From: Euglena gracilis
Lineage: Eukaryota
Assembly: GCA_039621445.1 (NCBI GenBank)
Contig: CP154954.1
Coordinates: 45,425,847-45,489,846 of the forward strand
Direction of reading: 5' to 3'
DNA length: 64,000 bases
Positions 37,427-50,599 of this stretch are shown here, piece by piece. How positions within the stretch are numbered: the stretch's first letter is position 1; every line of letters starts with the position of its first letter. The notes under the pieces are model-generated. The model made no database searches. It worked only from the letters and a program-made list of their open reading frames with translations, and was not told the DNA's origin. Position numbers and translations under genes: made by a program.

Positions 37427-37832
37427 AGTGAAGACAAAAATTACGGGAGACAAAAATTACGGGGAAAAAAATGTGGGAAAATTTTGCTTTTGAAAATATT
37501 AATTATGGGAAGATTTTCATTTTGGAAGACAACGAGATAAATTTTCAGTTTTTTCAAATTTTTTTGTCCGGTGCAAATGTGTTGTGTGTGGTGACCATGT
37601 CTGCGATGGTTGCTTTTCTGACCACATCTGCAGTTTGCCCCATTTAGACCTTGGAGTGTTCTCTGTCCATTGGGACTTTCACTCTTCGGTTTGTGTTTTG
37701 CGAACCTCTTTGGAGTCACCACATATGAAAGGCGTAGGAAAGGTACGCCGGACAAAAATTACGGGGAAAAAATGATGGGAAAATCGGGGTGGTTTCCCAT
37801 AATTTTTGTCTCCCGTAATTTTTGTCCGCACT
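37427..37832. mobile_element. MITE with GACAAAAATTACGGG repeat TIRs
   Basis: Inverted CCCGTAATTTTTGTC repeats at the right end. Confidence 0.7.
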
Positions 37833-38585
37833 TCCAACAACTAGCATAAGTTTTTGCACTTTTGAACTTTCTCCCCCACCCAGGGTTGTTTGTTTAACCA
37901 ACGGTCAGTTAACTACACCTAGTGTCCGAAATGTTTGCCCACGGCCAACAAAAACATTTGCCCAAACCAGTCAAAATTTTCGCCCAGCGCCCACAAAAAA
38001 ATTTGCCCAGAGCTGTCAAAAATTTTTGCACTCCGCTGCCAAAAATATTTGCACTTGCTAAAAAAATGTTTGCCCTCCGTCATTTAATTTTTGCACAATG
38101 AAAAAAAAACCTTTCAAATGCACCGGTGTTTGCAGATGAATTCTCAACGACGAATCCAGTGCATTTGTGATGTTCAAGATTTTTCGCAACTCCAGAACCA
38201 AAAATTGGTATTTGGAAATGTCCAAGAACTCCTGTCTTTGATTTTTCTCAATACCACGGGTTGGCGTTTGGAGTTTTATTGTCCATGTACAACAAATTGT
38301 ATTCGAAAAACGGCTCAAAACGGCTTGAAACGAACCAATGTAACTCATTTTGTCAAAGGTTGGAATGAAATGGGACAAATTCTGAAGTCAATCGGCTTTT
38401 GCAGCACGTCCGTTTCAAACCATTCATTTCCGCTTTCTGAACCATTCTGGTTGGTTTTGGGGGGTTCCAACAAAATCATTATTCAAGACGCAGCATTTTG
38501 GACGGAGACTGCGTTTTAAGACACAGACCTCATGCCTGAAGTCCGGCGGCGTAGACGCAAACCCTGTCCTGAGTCCCTGCACCTA

Positions 38586-38769
38586 CCTCCCCCCCCTTGT
38601 CGTTGACACGCCAATGTTCCAGGAGAGTGCCGTTGACACGGGGGGTGTGTCAACGACATGCCATGCCAATTTCACTGTGATTCAATAGGTAGTGTTCCAG
38701 AAAAGTGTTGTTGACACGGGGGGGGGGGTGTCAACGACACGCCGTGTCAACGACAAGGGGGGGGGGAGG
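38586..38769. mobile_element. TA-flanked (Tc1/mariner-type) MITE
   Basis: TA|CCTCCCCCCCCTTGTCGTTGACACG ... CGTGTCAACGACAAGGGGGGGGGGAGG|TA. Confidence 0.85.
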
Positions 38770-39244
38770 TAAGACGCGGACTTAAGGGCAAAAGTGCAAA
38801 ACACCCGATCTGTGTGCAAAAATTTTCGGAACGTTGGCAAATATTTTTGAGATAAAGTGCCAAACATCTTTGAGATAACGTGCGAACAAATTTTTAACAT
38901 GTGCAAACATTTTTGAGATAAAGTGCAAAAATATTGACCAAAAGTGCAATTAAATACGGTGTGAAGTGCGAAAGAATCGGGCGTTAGGTGTAACCATGAC
39001 CCCCGCAATTAATCGACTAATTGAGGGGGGGGTTAACCAATCAGTTAGGGTAATGGAGAGCAAAGAAGCCCTGGATTGTTTGGGGGAGGCAAAAAGACAA
39101 AAAACCTCCTCAAAAAAGCTCCTCAGCAATTTTTTTTTTGGAGATTCAGAAGTGCCGGGGACCCGCCGGAAGAGAACATCCCGGTACAATAAACAGGGCC
39201 GCAAAAAAAGAGGCGGGGACCTGTGGTGGCTCACAAGTCAGCAT

Positions 39245-39557
39245 CATGCTTGTGCTTACCAACCGGGGGGGGGGGAGGGGGGGTGGGTGCTATAGGGTGC
39301 CTGCCCCTAGCAGGCACACCCCCCCCCCCCGGGGGGGGATAGGGGTCCGGGCCGGACCCAGAAAATTTTCATTGAAAATGGCCTTTTCCGGGCCCCCGGC
39401 GCCGAAGGCGCCGGGGTCGGAGGGTGGTGCCTGCTAGGGGCAGGCACCCCCCAAAACCCTACCCCCCCCCCGGGGGGGGTCGGATCGGGTGCTATGGGGT
39501 GCCTGCCCCTAGCACCCCCCCCCCCGTGGGGTAGGCACCCGACTAAGCACAAGCCTG
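39245..39557. mobile_element. hAT-type MITE
   Basis: CATGCTTGTGCTTA...TAAGCACAAGCCTG; perfect TSD GTCAGCAT. Confidence 0.9.
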
Positions 39558-40666
39558 GTCAGCATCACAACGATGTGAGGCTGTTGCAGCCATGAAACAA
39601 GGTTCCAAAAGCCCGGGAGCCAGAGAGCAGTTAATTGGTTGACCGAGGGCCCAGTTAATTCAATCGGTTGACCAAAAACAGTCAGTTAATTGATCAACCC
39701 TGCCCCACCGGTGAGCAGCTGGACAATGACGCTTGTCAGTATCTGTGTCTCGACCAAGGGCAAACATACAGGGGAAAGAAAGCTGAACCCACTGCAAGGG
39801 CCCTAGGGAAAATTGGCCATGTTGGAGGAGCCCAGATAACCGCGGTGTAACCGCGGCGTAACCGCGGTGTAACCGCGGTGAGAACAAGAGCAAAGGCATC
39901 ATCCAAATGCTTCATGCCGAGGGTTTGGCCGACATGGGGAGGGAATTGGCCTCCCCCAAAATCCATTGCTGGAAAACTGCAGGGGGTGGTCTTATTTTGG
40001 AGGGTCTTATTTTGGATTTTTTTTTAACAACCGCAACACAAAAAAAAGCATGTTTCAGGTTCTCAAAACATTAAAAATTCTCCTTCGGCACTTTGCGCCA
40101 TGTGTAGATTGGTTTACCGAGCCCCCCCCCCCCCAGTTAGTCACCCCCTTGGGAGGGGAATTTGGCCAAGGGTGACTAACAGGGGGGGGTGACTACCATC
40201 CCCCCCCCCCGAGCTATTCCCCCCCCCGAGCTATTCCCATTGGGGGTACGGGAATAGCTCATAGTCATAGCACCTTTTACAAAGAACTTCCCAAATAAGT
40301 GCTCAAAAATGGCTCCGGTCGGAAAATCGCGGGTGACCAAATTGCGGGTCGGCCCGACCATGGTCGGCCCGACCACCTGGTCGGCCCGACCATGGTCGGC
40401 CCGACCAGGTCGGCCCGACCTGTGTGGGTCGGGCCGACCTGGTCGGTAGGAAACACAATTATCCGCACTACCCCCCCCCCCTTTTTGAAATTTAAGCCCC
40501 CCCCCCTGAAAAAACTTATGTCCAAATCACCCCAAAACCAGTCAAAACCCACTTAAATGGCTCCAAAACCCCCCAATCGGGGGTGAATATGCAAAAACTT
40601 GGGGGCAAAATGCCCATTTTGGGCCACTTTTGGGAAAAACATTGTCTTTGCACATACCTACAAACT

Positions 40667-40833
40667 GGGTCAGGGTTGGGGTTAGGGTTTGGGTCAGGGT
40701 TCGGATTAGGGTTTGGTATGGGGTCAGGGTCAGGGTTTCGGGTTAGGGTTGGGGTTAGGGTTCAGGTTACGTTTAAGGTTAGGGTTTGGTTTAGGGTTAG
40801 GGTTCGGGTTACGTTCAAGGCTAGGCTAGGGTT
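40667..40833 (+). repeat. Degenerate (GGGTTA)n telomere-like tract, interstitial
   Basis: GGGTTA / GGGTCA / GGGTTT hexamers. Confidence 0.85.
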
Positions 40834-42156
40834 ATTGGGGGGCGGGTGGGGGGGGGGGGGGGGGGGCGGCAGCCCCCCTCGCTAGACGACCAAGGGCGCC
40901 GAAGGCGCCCTCCGACAACGGGTGTCTGATTGCACATGCACACAAAACGGTCCAGCAGCAAAGGGATTTTGTTCCCCCCCCCTAATTGAACCCCCCCAAT
41001 TGACAAACCGCCCCCCCCCCCCCTTTGAAAAAATGTTTCACCCCCCCCCCTTAGGCAATACGGTCCGGCAGCAAAGGGATTTTGTTATGGGGGGGCGGGG
41101 GGGGGTGCGGGGGGGGGGGGGGGGTCTGATTGCGCATGCACACAAAACGGTCCGGCAGCAAGGGGATTTTGTTATTGGGGGGCGGGGGGGGGGGAGGGGG
41201 GGGGCGGCAGCCCCCCCCGCTAGACGACCAAGGGCGCCGAAGGCGCCCTCCGACAATGGGTGTCTGATTGCGCATGCACACAAAACGGTCCGGCAGCAAA
41301 AGGATTTTGTTACCCCCCCCCCCTAATTGAACCCCCCCTAATTGACCAAACGCCCCCCCCCCGTTTGAAAAAGGGTTTCAACCCCCCCCTAATTGACTGC
41401 CCGGGGAGCACCCCCTATGCTTTTCCCAAAAGTGGCCCAAAATGGGCATTTTGCCCCCAAGTTTTGGCATATTCACCCCCGATTGGGGGGTTCTGGAGCC
41501 ATTTCAGTGGGTTTTGACTGGTTTTGGGGTGATTTGCACATAAGTTTTTTGGGGGGGGGGCTTAAATTTCAAAAAGGGGGGGGGGTAGTGCGGAATATTG
41601 TGGGTCGGCCCGACCTGGTCGGCCCGACCCACACAGGTCGGTAAGCCACCCACACAGGTCGGGCCGACCACAGGTCGGGCCGACCAGGTCGGCCCGACCC
41701 GCAATTTGGTCACCCGCGATTTTCCGCACGGAGCCCTCAAAAATCGACGTTTTTGGGCAGTTTTCAAAAATCACTTTTTGGCAAATGTGCTCAAAATTGA
41801 CCATTTTTTGCGAACATCCAAAAAAGTTGCCAAAAATGACCCCTTTTGGGTTGCCCAAGGGTCAGGTATGGGAATAGCTCGGGGGGGGGGGACCTAGGTC
41901 CCCCCCCCCCCCCCCGGGTGTTCCCCCCCCCCGTACTGTTCCCATTGGGCCGTAAAGGCTCCCGGGGATGGGAATAGCTCGGGGGGGGGGGAAGGGGCAT
42001 GGTACCTCGGGGGGGGGGTCAATTTATACCCAAATTTTGCCCCCTGCCCCAATTCTTGGGGGTTTCAAGGTTGTTTTTGGGCATTCCAGGGCACTTTTCA
42101 TGGATGGCAACCATAAAAAAAAATTCCGATGGCCAAATTCGGTGTTTTTTTTATAC

Positions 42157-43660
42157 ACAAATTGTGGCTGAGCCCAGATTTCAGCCTGAAAACGTGTTCA
42201 GCCAGGGGCCCCCGAAGGGGGCCCCTGAACACGTTTTCAGGCTGAAATCTGGGCTCAGCCACAATTTGTTTAAAAACGTTTTCAGAGCCCGCCAAATGCC
42301 TGCCCTGAAATTCGTGGTCATGATTCACGCAAGGGGTCAAAAACGCCAATTTGTGAAATTCGGACCCAAAAAACGGCGCCCTCACTGAAAACGTGCCTGA
42401 ACCCGGATGCCTTCACTGAAAACGTGTCATTGACACAAATGCCCTCACTGAAAACGTGCCTGAACCCGGATGCCTTCACTGAAAACGTGTCATTGCCACA
42501 AATGCCCTCACTGAAAACGTGTCACCCCCCCCCTTTTTTTCTTTTTTTCTTTTTTCCCGCAGCCCTGCCAATATGGCCAAACGCACGGCAAACTTTGTGA
42601 ATGGTCTTTTGCCACCTCCCCCTAGGACGGACCCCCTTCATGGCACCTTGCTGGCACAGGGCAACACAAAGAAAAAGTCCGGCTCCGTAGGTGCAGAGCT
42701 TGCTGCTGTTACCAACTGTTTGGAGTTCGCCAAACTGTGTCAACATCGGCAAGCCTCTTATCCTGAGCTGGATGCTTTCTTTGTTGCCTGGACGGGATGG
42801 GAGCTGGAACCCAGCCTGTTGTTCGATGAGGCGAGCGTCATCGAACAGTGTGTGGTCCCCTGACCAACCCCCTGTGCCTCGTGCTGTGTCCCGACTGCCA
42901 ATAAAACACGAGAAATGTGGTTTTTGTGGTGTTGCCATTCCCAAAAATCCAAATTGTGTGGAGCTGAACAAAGTTGTCTGTGACGCCAAACAAACAAAGT
43001 TGTCTGTGAACAAAGTTGTCTGTGATTGGCATATCATTTTCATTGCCAAGATTTGGCAAAAGAGCCAAAGTATGGCTCTTTTGTGTCAAGAAACTGTGTT
43101 CGGGCCAAGACTTAGGGGGAGCCCAGGGGCGGGGACCGCGACGCCGAAGGCGCCGCGGTCGCCCCTGGCCCCCCTAAAACCTTGGCCCAAAACACTGTTC
43201 TTGTTTGAAACCGTGTTTTGGGCGAAGATTTAAGACTTTTAAAGTCTCGAAATCGGCCCAAACACGGTTTCTTTGTGTAAAGCGTGTCGTGTGCCGTGAT
43301 GTCCGCCACTCTGTTTCGTTGTGCTCCAAGGCAACCTAGCCTTCTGTTGTGTTGTAGAGTGCCCCCGACCCGCCTCACTCGTTGAGGACCACCCGGCCTC
43401 GCAACCACACGCCGATTTTTCATGATAGTGTTTTTTGCTTTTTACTCAGGGTTGCCACAGATGCCCTCACTGAAAACGTGCCTGAACCCGGATGCCTTCA
43501 CTGAAAACGTGTCATTGACACAAATGCCCTCATTGAAAACGTGCCTGAACCCGGATGCCTTCACTGAAAACGTGTCATTGCCACAAATGCCCTCATTGAA
43601 AACGTGTTCATGACCACGAATTTCAGGGCAGGCATTTGGCGGGCTGAACACGTTTTTAAA
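42157..43660 (+). mobile_element. Hairpin / IR / direct-repeat / ORF element, copy type 1
   Basis: 113-bp near-perfect hairpin (42157-42269); ~50-bp IRs (42270.. and ..43660); direct-repeat blocks at 42380-42520 and 43465-43605. Confidence 0.75.
42573..42863 (+). CDS. Unknown element-borne protein (MAKRTAN...DPLHGTLLA...ELDAFFVAWTGWELEPSLLFD)
   Basis: Clear homology to 60380..60979; polypyrimidine-CAG acceptor 10 nt before the ATG. Confidence 0.7.
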   Translation: MAKRTANFVNGLLPPPPRTDPLHGTLLAQGNTKKKSGSVGAELAAVTNCLEFAKLCQHRQASYPELDAFFVAWTGWELEPSLLFDEASVIEQCVVP

Positions 43661-45822
43661 GAAAAATATTTCCCTTGGGGGTGACTAACTGGGGGGGGGG
43701 GGCATGGTAGTTCAAATTTTACCCTATCCTTGGAACTCGAAAATTATTTTCTGTCCGAAATTGGGGTTTTGGAAATTTTCAAGGGGAAAATTCCACCATC
43801 TCCGGTGCTTCATGCCGTCGGGGGGGGGTCTTGTTGGGGGGGGAGGGGCTCTTTTTTGATTTTTGCTTGATTGACCCAGGGTCTTATGTTTGGGGGGGGC
43901 CCTTTTGTGTTTGTAGTGATGTTAATTCCACCCCAATTTTGGAATTGGCCACCTTATTCAAGCAAAATTGAACCTGATGTTGTGAATTTTTGAAAAAAGA
44001 TGCAACCACCATGAGCTGAAGAGAGTAACTGTCGATCCAATCAATCCAAACCAAGATCATTGTGTCATTTGAAAGAAGACTCTCCAGGGGTTTTTAGTTG
44101 GACCCCCGGGGGGAGGTAGGGTGTGCCCCCCCCCCCCTGGGGGTGTGTCGAGCCCACCCCCACCCTGGGCCCCAGGAGGGATAAACTTTTCGGTGCCGAA
44201 AGGCCGAAGATTTTTGAAAAAGGTGCTATTTTAGCATTTTTCGCGATTTTTTGACCATCTTCGGTGGACGGGGTCCCCCAGGACCCCGTCCACCCCCCTG
44301 GGGGCTCCACTACCTTGAAAGGCACCTTGCCCGCGTAACCGCGGTGTAACCGCGGTGATAACCGCGGTTTGGGCTCCTCCGTTGCTTTTGGTGGTCAGGC
44401 CAATCATACTCAACCACGGCAGCCTTTCCTTGCACACATAAAAGGGATTTTATTATTGGGGAGGGGGTCTGGGTCAGCCCCCCCCCCCCCAGAGGAGGCT
44501 GAAGGCCGACTAAGTTAGCACTTTACAAAGTTTTCATTCATGGTCGGGCTGACCATGGTCGGCCCGACACAAGAAGTAGCATGGCCAAAAGTGAAGGGAG
44601 TGGCCTGGTTTTTCAGTACCCCAAAAAAGGCCATCACCCATGTGCGCAAAAAGATGGCATTCCCTTTTGGAGCAAAATGGTCGGCTGGCTTGGCCCTGAG
44701 CGGAAAATTGGCCATGCTGCTTCTGGTGGCCGACAGAAATGGCCATTGTGCCACATAACCCTGTCGGCTTTTGCCGACAGGTCGGGCTGACCTGTTCGGT
44801 CCGACTATGTGGTTGGTAGGGCCAACCATATGATCAGGCCTGACCTCCATGGATTTCAGCAAAAGTGCACCTCTGCCCATTGTATTTGCATATAACGAAC
44901 AAGTACCGGATTTTGTCATTTGAGGGGGAGTGCGGGCGCCCGTCAGCATAAAACGGTTTTCAGCGAGGGCGGCCTGGCGCCTTCAGTGCCTTGGGACTGC
45001 CCGGCGTCCACCGTCAGTTACTAGTTGCTGTATGAACAAAGCCCCTGTAGTGTCCCACGGGACCTAGCCAGCTGGCTGAACGGATTTCCCCCCCGGTTTG
45101 GGACCCCCCCCCCCCCGGGAGGCCAAAATTGGGGGGGGAGGAACTTGATGGGGGGTGGGGGGAGGTACACAATGGGGGGGGGGTGAAAGGCATCCAGAGC
45201 AAAAGACGGGTCGGGTTGGGTAGGACTGCCAGAAGCTGGGCCCGAGGTGGGAAAAACAAAGTTGTTTGGCGGGACATGCTCTACTCCATTATGTACCTCC
45301 CCCCAGGAGGTTCATAATGGGGGGGAATGGGTGGGCATGGTGCGTGGAGTTTGAGATGCCGGGTTCAGGACAGAACCGGCGTCCCCCCCCCCCATGGGTT
45401 TCCCGGACGCCAGTTCTGTCCTAAAACCCGGCGTTAGAAACGCCGGTTCTGTCCAAAACCCGGCGTCCGGATCTGGATTATTTTTTATGCCAAAAAATGT
45501 GCGTATTAACCGTAGCAACGAAAATTTCCTTGTCTGAAGAAATGGATGGGAGGCAGAACTGCACAGTGCCAGAATATGATTGATGAGTGGCGGCAGCATC
45601 TAAGCGTTTCTGAAGTTTCCAGGGGGAGGGGGAAGGGATTGCTAGGCATTACAGGTTGCCACAGCCGCAGCGATTACAGGGCAAAACGTATTGCCGGTAA
45701 GCAAACACATTACGACGGGGAAACAGGCCGGGGTGCACCCTCACAACGAGAGCAACACCAAGAGCCATACCGGGGGGGCATCAAGACCAGCGCACGACAG
45801 GTGGCGGTACTCGTGACACACA

Positions 45823-46290
45823 TCACACATGACGGGGCGCTTGCCCCCACGAGTTTTGAGGGAAACCACAAACAGTGCAACTGTCCCCCTCCACTTTTAC
45901 CTCCATGGTTACCACCCGCGCACGGAAGGGGGCGAATGGGTTGGGTGTGTCGCTGGGGTCGCTGTTGACGGCCGATCCCTCCGCCGCCGGTGGGGCACAG
46001 AAGGCGGCGTGGTTGTAGTCCGCCCGGCTGTAGGCGAACATCTGCTGGCGGCACTGGCTGAGGTCGTCGATGGTGAGGTCGTCAGGGTCGATGGGTGGCT
46101 GACAGGAGAGGACTTGGAAAAGAGTTAAGCAGTTGCACCACATCCGCTCTGCAGGCAATAGCCTAACAGCGTCAGCCAGGGGCATGCTCGGCAGAGGGTC
46201 ACGACCGGCTTGCAAAATCTGGGGCAGTCCAGTGAACAATGGGAACGCACAGCATTGAGCGACCTCAATATCGGAGTCCGAATCTGGCAT
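45823..46290 (-). CDS. Putative element-borne ORF (MPDSDSDIE...PIDPDDLTIDDLSQCRQQMFAYSRADYNH), function unknown
   Basis: Protein-like composition; lies between GACGCCGGTTCTGTCCTGAACCCGGCGTC repeat blocks (45355-45470, 46607-46640, 47106-47168). Confidence 0.4.
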   Translation of the reverse strand: MPDSDSDIEVAQCCAFPLFTGLPQILQAGRDPLPSMPLADAVRLLPAERMWCNCLTLFQVLSCQPPIDPDDLTIDDLSQCRQQMFAYSRADYNHAAFCAPPAAEGSAVNSDPSDTPNPFAPFRARVVTMEVKVEGDSCTVCGFPQNSWGQAPRHV

Positions 46291-46678
46291 TCGGGCTCCG
46301 ACTTGAGCTCCGTCTTCAGTTCGGTTTTCTGAACCTTCGGTGGCGGCTGGAGGAATTTGCAGCGAAAACGATGTTTTGTTAAAGAAAGCAACCTGAACAG
46401 CAACGCGGGCGGCCTGGCGAAGCAGGTCATCGCGCCCCTTCACTTTGAGGCTCCAAGGCGGCCCCCAACCCTGCCAAAAATTGGGCACTGGTTGGGCTGG
46501 CAGGCAGAGCGTTGCGGACTACAACGGTGAGGGAACCGCCCATCATTGTGCTAAAAAAAGCCTAAAGGAGAACACAAACAGGTGGGTTTCTAAGTCGTAT
46601 CTGGCGGGACGCCAGTTCTGTCCTGAACCCAGCGTCTCTAAAACGCCGCTTTAAACAAGGGGGGTGGACGCCGGGGTA

Positions 46679-47101
46679 CTTGTCTGTTATCGTACGACGG
46701 ACCCCCCCCCTTTCGGTTATGGTACGACACCCTTTTTTTGGGTTTTTTAGGGTTAATTAAAGGAATAGGGTTAGGACATGTTTGCGCTACATGGCCACGT
46801 TGCGCTACATGGCCACGTTGCGCTACACGGCCGTGAAGCGCAACGTGGCCATGTGGCGCAACGTGGCCATTAGCGCACCTAACCCTACTCCTTCAATAAC
46901 CCCATAATAGCGCTACATGGCCATGTAGCGCTTCACGGCCATGTAGCGCAACGTGGCCATGCAGCGCAACGTGGCCATGTAGCGCACTGTAGCATGAGCG
47001 CACCTAACCCTACTCCTTCAATAACCCCATAACAACCCAAAAAAAGGGCGTCGTACCATAACCGAAAGGGGGGGGGGGTCCGTCGTACGATAACAGACAA
47101 G
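46679..47101. mobile_element. TA-flanked MITE with ~70-bp TIRs and internal inverted 18-bp repeats
   Basis: TA|CTTGTCTGTTATCGTACGACGG ... CCGTCGTACGATAACAGACAAG|TA; (GTTGCGCTACATGGCCAC)n. Confidence 0.88.
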
Positions 47102-47688
47102 TACCGACGCCGGTTCTGTCCTGAACCCGGCGTCCGGGGACGCCGGGTTCAGGACAGAACCGGCGTCCGCCCCCCCTTTTTTGTAGTAGAGCCTTGGGTC
47201 CCATGGACCATCAGCCATGTTCCATGTTCACGCCAAAGGGTTGCAAGGAACAACACCTAAAATTTGAATTTTGACACCGAATTAGGAGTCCCAAAATTTG
47301 CAAAATTCATGCCTCAAAATTAGGAATCTACCTCAATATTTTATCAAAATAGGCTCACCTGCAAAATTTGTTTCCGAAAAATTTTGGCCAAAAGGGGTCT
47401 TAGGTCGGGTCATGGGGGGGGTCACGGAGGGGTCATCACGGGGGGAACACTCTTTGGGATACACCATGATCAGAATTTCCAGGTGAGAGGACACCAAATA
47501 GGAAATGTGTGCAGTGGTTGCGGGGGACACATTGCGCTGAACAAACTGGAAGGAAAACATGGACACACGTAAGGTCACAACCTTCACCCATCACAACAAC
47601 TGGTTTTTTGGGAACTTGTTCGTTCTACGACCCCCACCCCCCAAATGGCACCCCCCAAATGGCAGAGTCGAAGGGTGAGGGTGCGAAC

Positions 47689-47935
47689 CAGGGGTTTTTT
47701 TTAAGACCGGGGGGGGGAGGGGGGGTCCCCCCCACCCACCCACCCCCCGGGTTTCTATTTCTGGGGGGGGCCCCCGGGGGGGGGGGAGGGGGTCCCGGGG
47801 GACCCACAAAAAATGGCCGAAAAAATCGCGAAAAGTGCTAAAAATAGAATTTTTTCGGTGCCTGCGGCCTCCGGGGGGGGGGAAGGGGTCCGGCGGACCC
47901 CCCCCCCCGGGGGTCCAAACTTAAAAAAATCCCTG
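47689..47935. mobile_element. hAT-type MITE, family B-like
   Basis: CAGGGGTTTT...AAAATCCCTG; perfect TSD GTGCGAAC. Confidence 0.9.
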
Positions 47936-50424
47936 GTGCGAACGAGTACCGTTTTTTGTTGGGGCAAGGATAAATTTTTTTGCCTTCTCACTTGTTTTTG
48001 CAACGTTCTTTTTTCTTTCTCCCTTCTTCTTTGTTTCATCACAGCAAGCATGCCGGGACATTACAGAAAAGCCTCTTCAAAAAAAGGACACCAAGCCACT
48101 GGGTGGGGACGCGGGGGGGGGACGCGGGGGACGCAGGGGGGGGACGCGGGGGACGCGGGGGAGCAACCCCCAATGTGATAGTTGGGCACTTTGGGCAGAA
48201 ACTTGCCAAAAATGTCAAACATTTTTGGTGTGGAGTGCCAGAAGGAAAACGTTGGCCTTTTGGGGGGTGTCCCCCGGTCCAGTCGGGGGGGGGGGGACAT
48301 CCCCACTCCACCCTGCCCTGCTTGCTACCTTGGCCTGGTGTTGGAAAACTTTTTGACCACAAAAAGAGTAAAACAACATTTCTGTCAAAAAATTCAAGAC
48401 AACTTCTTGATGTTCAACCCATTAAATGGCATTTCCCCCGGCTTATGAGGAATCTGGTTTGGCAACGCACGTCAACGTAAACAACCATTCCTAAACGAAA
48501 AAAAGAGCAGCTCCAGAAGACAAACCAGAGTAATCAATTTGAGCGTGCACACATACGAGTCCCAAGAGTGAACAGCTTCAACAAATTCAAGTTCAATCTT
48601 TTCAATTTTCAGCCCATCCTCCGCGACTCTGGAGACAAATGACAGAGTGCAATTGGGGTGCAAAAGCAACCAAGACGACGCGCTCCGTTCCGCTACTCTG
48701 AGGGCTTCTTACTTAGGTCGACCACCGTCTCTGTGTCAAGTTGGAGAGCTCTGTTTCCTGTCTCCAAAAATTATCCTCAACTTCAACACTGTCTCCTGCG
48801 GAATTTCCTGGATGGCTGTCGGGTTACTCACCTCCTCCGTGAGAGCATCTTCTCTTCCGGCACAACATCCCTCCAAAACATCTCCGACATTGAGCCGCCA
48901 GGCCGTCAGCAATGTAGTACCCCTGCGCTGGAACCAAATTTACGCTCCCCTTCAACAAAAGCTGTTGGGGCATCTCGGATCCCACGGTGGAACGCACAGC
49001 AGCCCAGCTGGCCGCTTGTGTGGGCTTCTCGCAAAGGGTGCCGGGGTTCAACACCCCTGCCCCCTGGCCCCTTCAGCCTCTGCCGGCAGGGCTAGATAGA
49101 GTTAGAGGGATGGAGGTAGAGGGGGGGGGTCGGCACACCCCTCCCCCCCCCTCACCGACCCCCTCGCCACGCCATTTTACCCCCCCTCCCCCCCCCCCTT
49201 TTCAGACCCCCTCGCCACGCCATGTCAGCCGCGCCAAAGAAAATTTTCTTGGAAAACCCCCGCGCACCCCTCCCCCCCCCTCATGCGGGACCCCCTCGCC
49301 ACGCCAACCCCCCCCCCCTAGCCGGACGGCTCGCCACGGCGTGCCGACCCCCCCAGGTGGAGGTAGAGGTAGCGGCCACCTCTACCTCTACTATCCCCCT
49401 ATGTCACCTCAATATCAAACTTTTAAGGAAAGTGGCTTATCAAAGCAAAGTTATGCCGAATGAAGGCAATTTTAGGGAAAAACACAGAAATTGGCCATTC
49501 TTGTCACAAATCTCTTATGGCAATTTTTGAACCACCCATCCGAATACTTTTTCTCATTCCTAACCTAAATATGATGTGTTGAGATGCTAATTTGCCAAAA
49601 TTGAGGCATTTGGAGCCTTTTGTGGCCTCATTGGCGCCAGTTTATGACATTTTGTGGACATAGAGGTGACACAGAGGTAGAGATGAAGGTAGAGGTGGGT
49701 CAGATAGCGGTAGAGGACTTTGACCTATACCTCCCAGCCCTACTGCCGGACACCCTCCCAGTGGCGTTGGCATCCTGCGATACCTTAGGCTCCCGAAGCG
49801 AGCCGTTGGCAACATGGTTGGCTAATCCTGCCCCTTTGGCCCTCTCCACCCCCGATCATGCTTCACAAACGTGGCGGGCCGAGCGCATGCATGCAATCCG
49901 TTTGCAAAACTGGAAGACAGCGCCCCTCCACGTGACATTGCCCGCCTTTGCTACCAACCTCCTTCTTCCCTCCAAAACTAGATGTCCGTCTTGCCCTCCC
50001 GCGCAGTCAACAGTTATTCAGTTCACAGTCATTCAGTTTTTGCCGCTGATAAATATCGCATGTTGCTAAGGTTTTGGATTGGTTTACCCCTCATCCCCTC
50101 AACTGACTTGCTCCTGCCCCCTCTGTTCGGACTCCATTGATCCTTTTGGTGACCACCTTCTGACGTGCCGCAAAAACGGATAACAGAGAGACAAAACTGC
50201 CTCTGAGATTCCCTCGTGGATCTGTGCCAACGAGCAAGTATTTCAGTTCGCAAGGAGCAAAGTTGCGAATCTGGCACTCATGATGCTGGCCTTACCATTG
50301 AACACCCTTTGGCCCCCTCCCGATGGCCCCTAAATCTCACCCGTGTTCTGCGGACACTGCCAGGTGCTGAACTTGACAAACGAAATCACGCGGAAGAAAG
50401 GTGCGCGTGGCATCAGTGGGAGTA

Positions 50425-50599
50425 CCCCCCCCCTTTATTGTCCCACCGACCTGCCCCCGGGAGGCCCGACCGGACAATAAAGGGGGGGGGGGACAATAAA
50501 GGGGTACCAAAGGAATTTCATTGGCCGGGCAAAAAAAAACCCCCGTCGGCCGGGGCCCAGGGACAATAAAGGGGGGGGGACAATAAAGGGGGGGGGGGG
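50425..50599. mobile_element. TA-flanked MITE
   Basis: TA|CCCCCCCCCTTTATTGTCC ... GGACAATAAAGGGGG|TA. Confidence 0.8.

Larger units (their letters stand above)
39824..44380. mobile_element. Nested stack of inverted-repeat elements (39824-44380 > 40122-43702 > 40201-41991)
   Basis: Paired ends GGAGGAGCCCA + (TAACCGCGGTG)n; CAGTTAGTCACCCC / GGGGTGACTAACTG; CGAGCTATTCCC / GGGAATAGCTCG; ~300-bp inverted arms at 40323-40637 and 41424-41723. Confidence 0.7.

Noticed and set aside
34088-38519. Further minus-strand ORFs as host exons
   Set aside because: No recognisable domain or consistent splice chain.
40667-40833. True telomere
   Set aside because: Short, degenerate and internal to a repeat element.
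736-47943. Strict TSD consensus NNNCNANN for the hAT MITEs
   Set aside because: Fits several sites but is broken by GTCAGCAT and CTTGGGGC; sample too small.
48472-49099. Protein-like fragments (KIEKIELEFVEAVHSW)
   Set aside because: Interrupted by stops; no family could be assigned.
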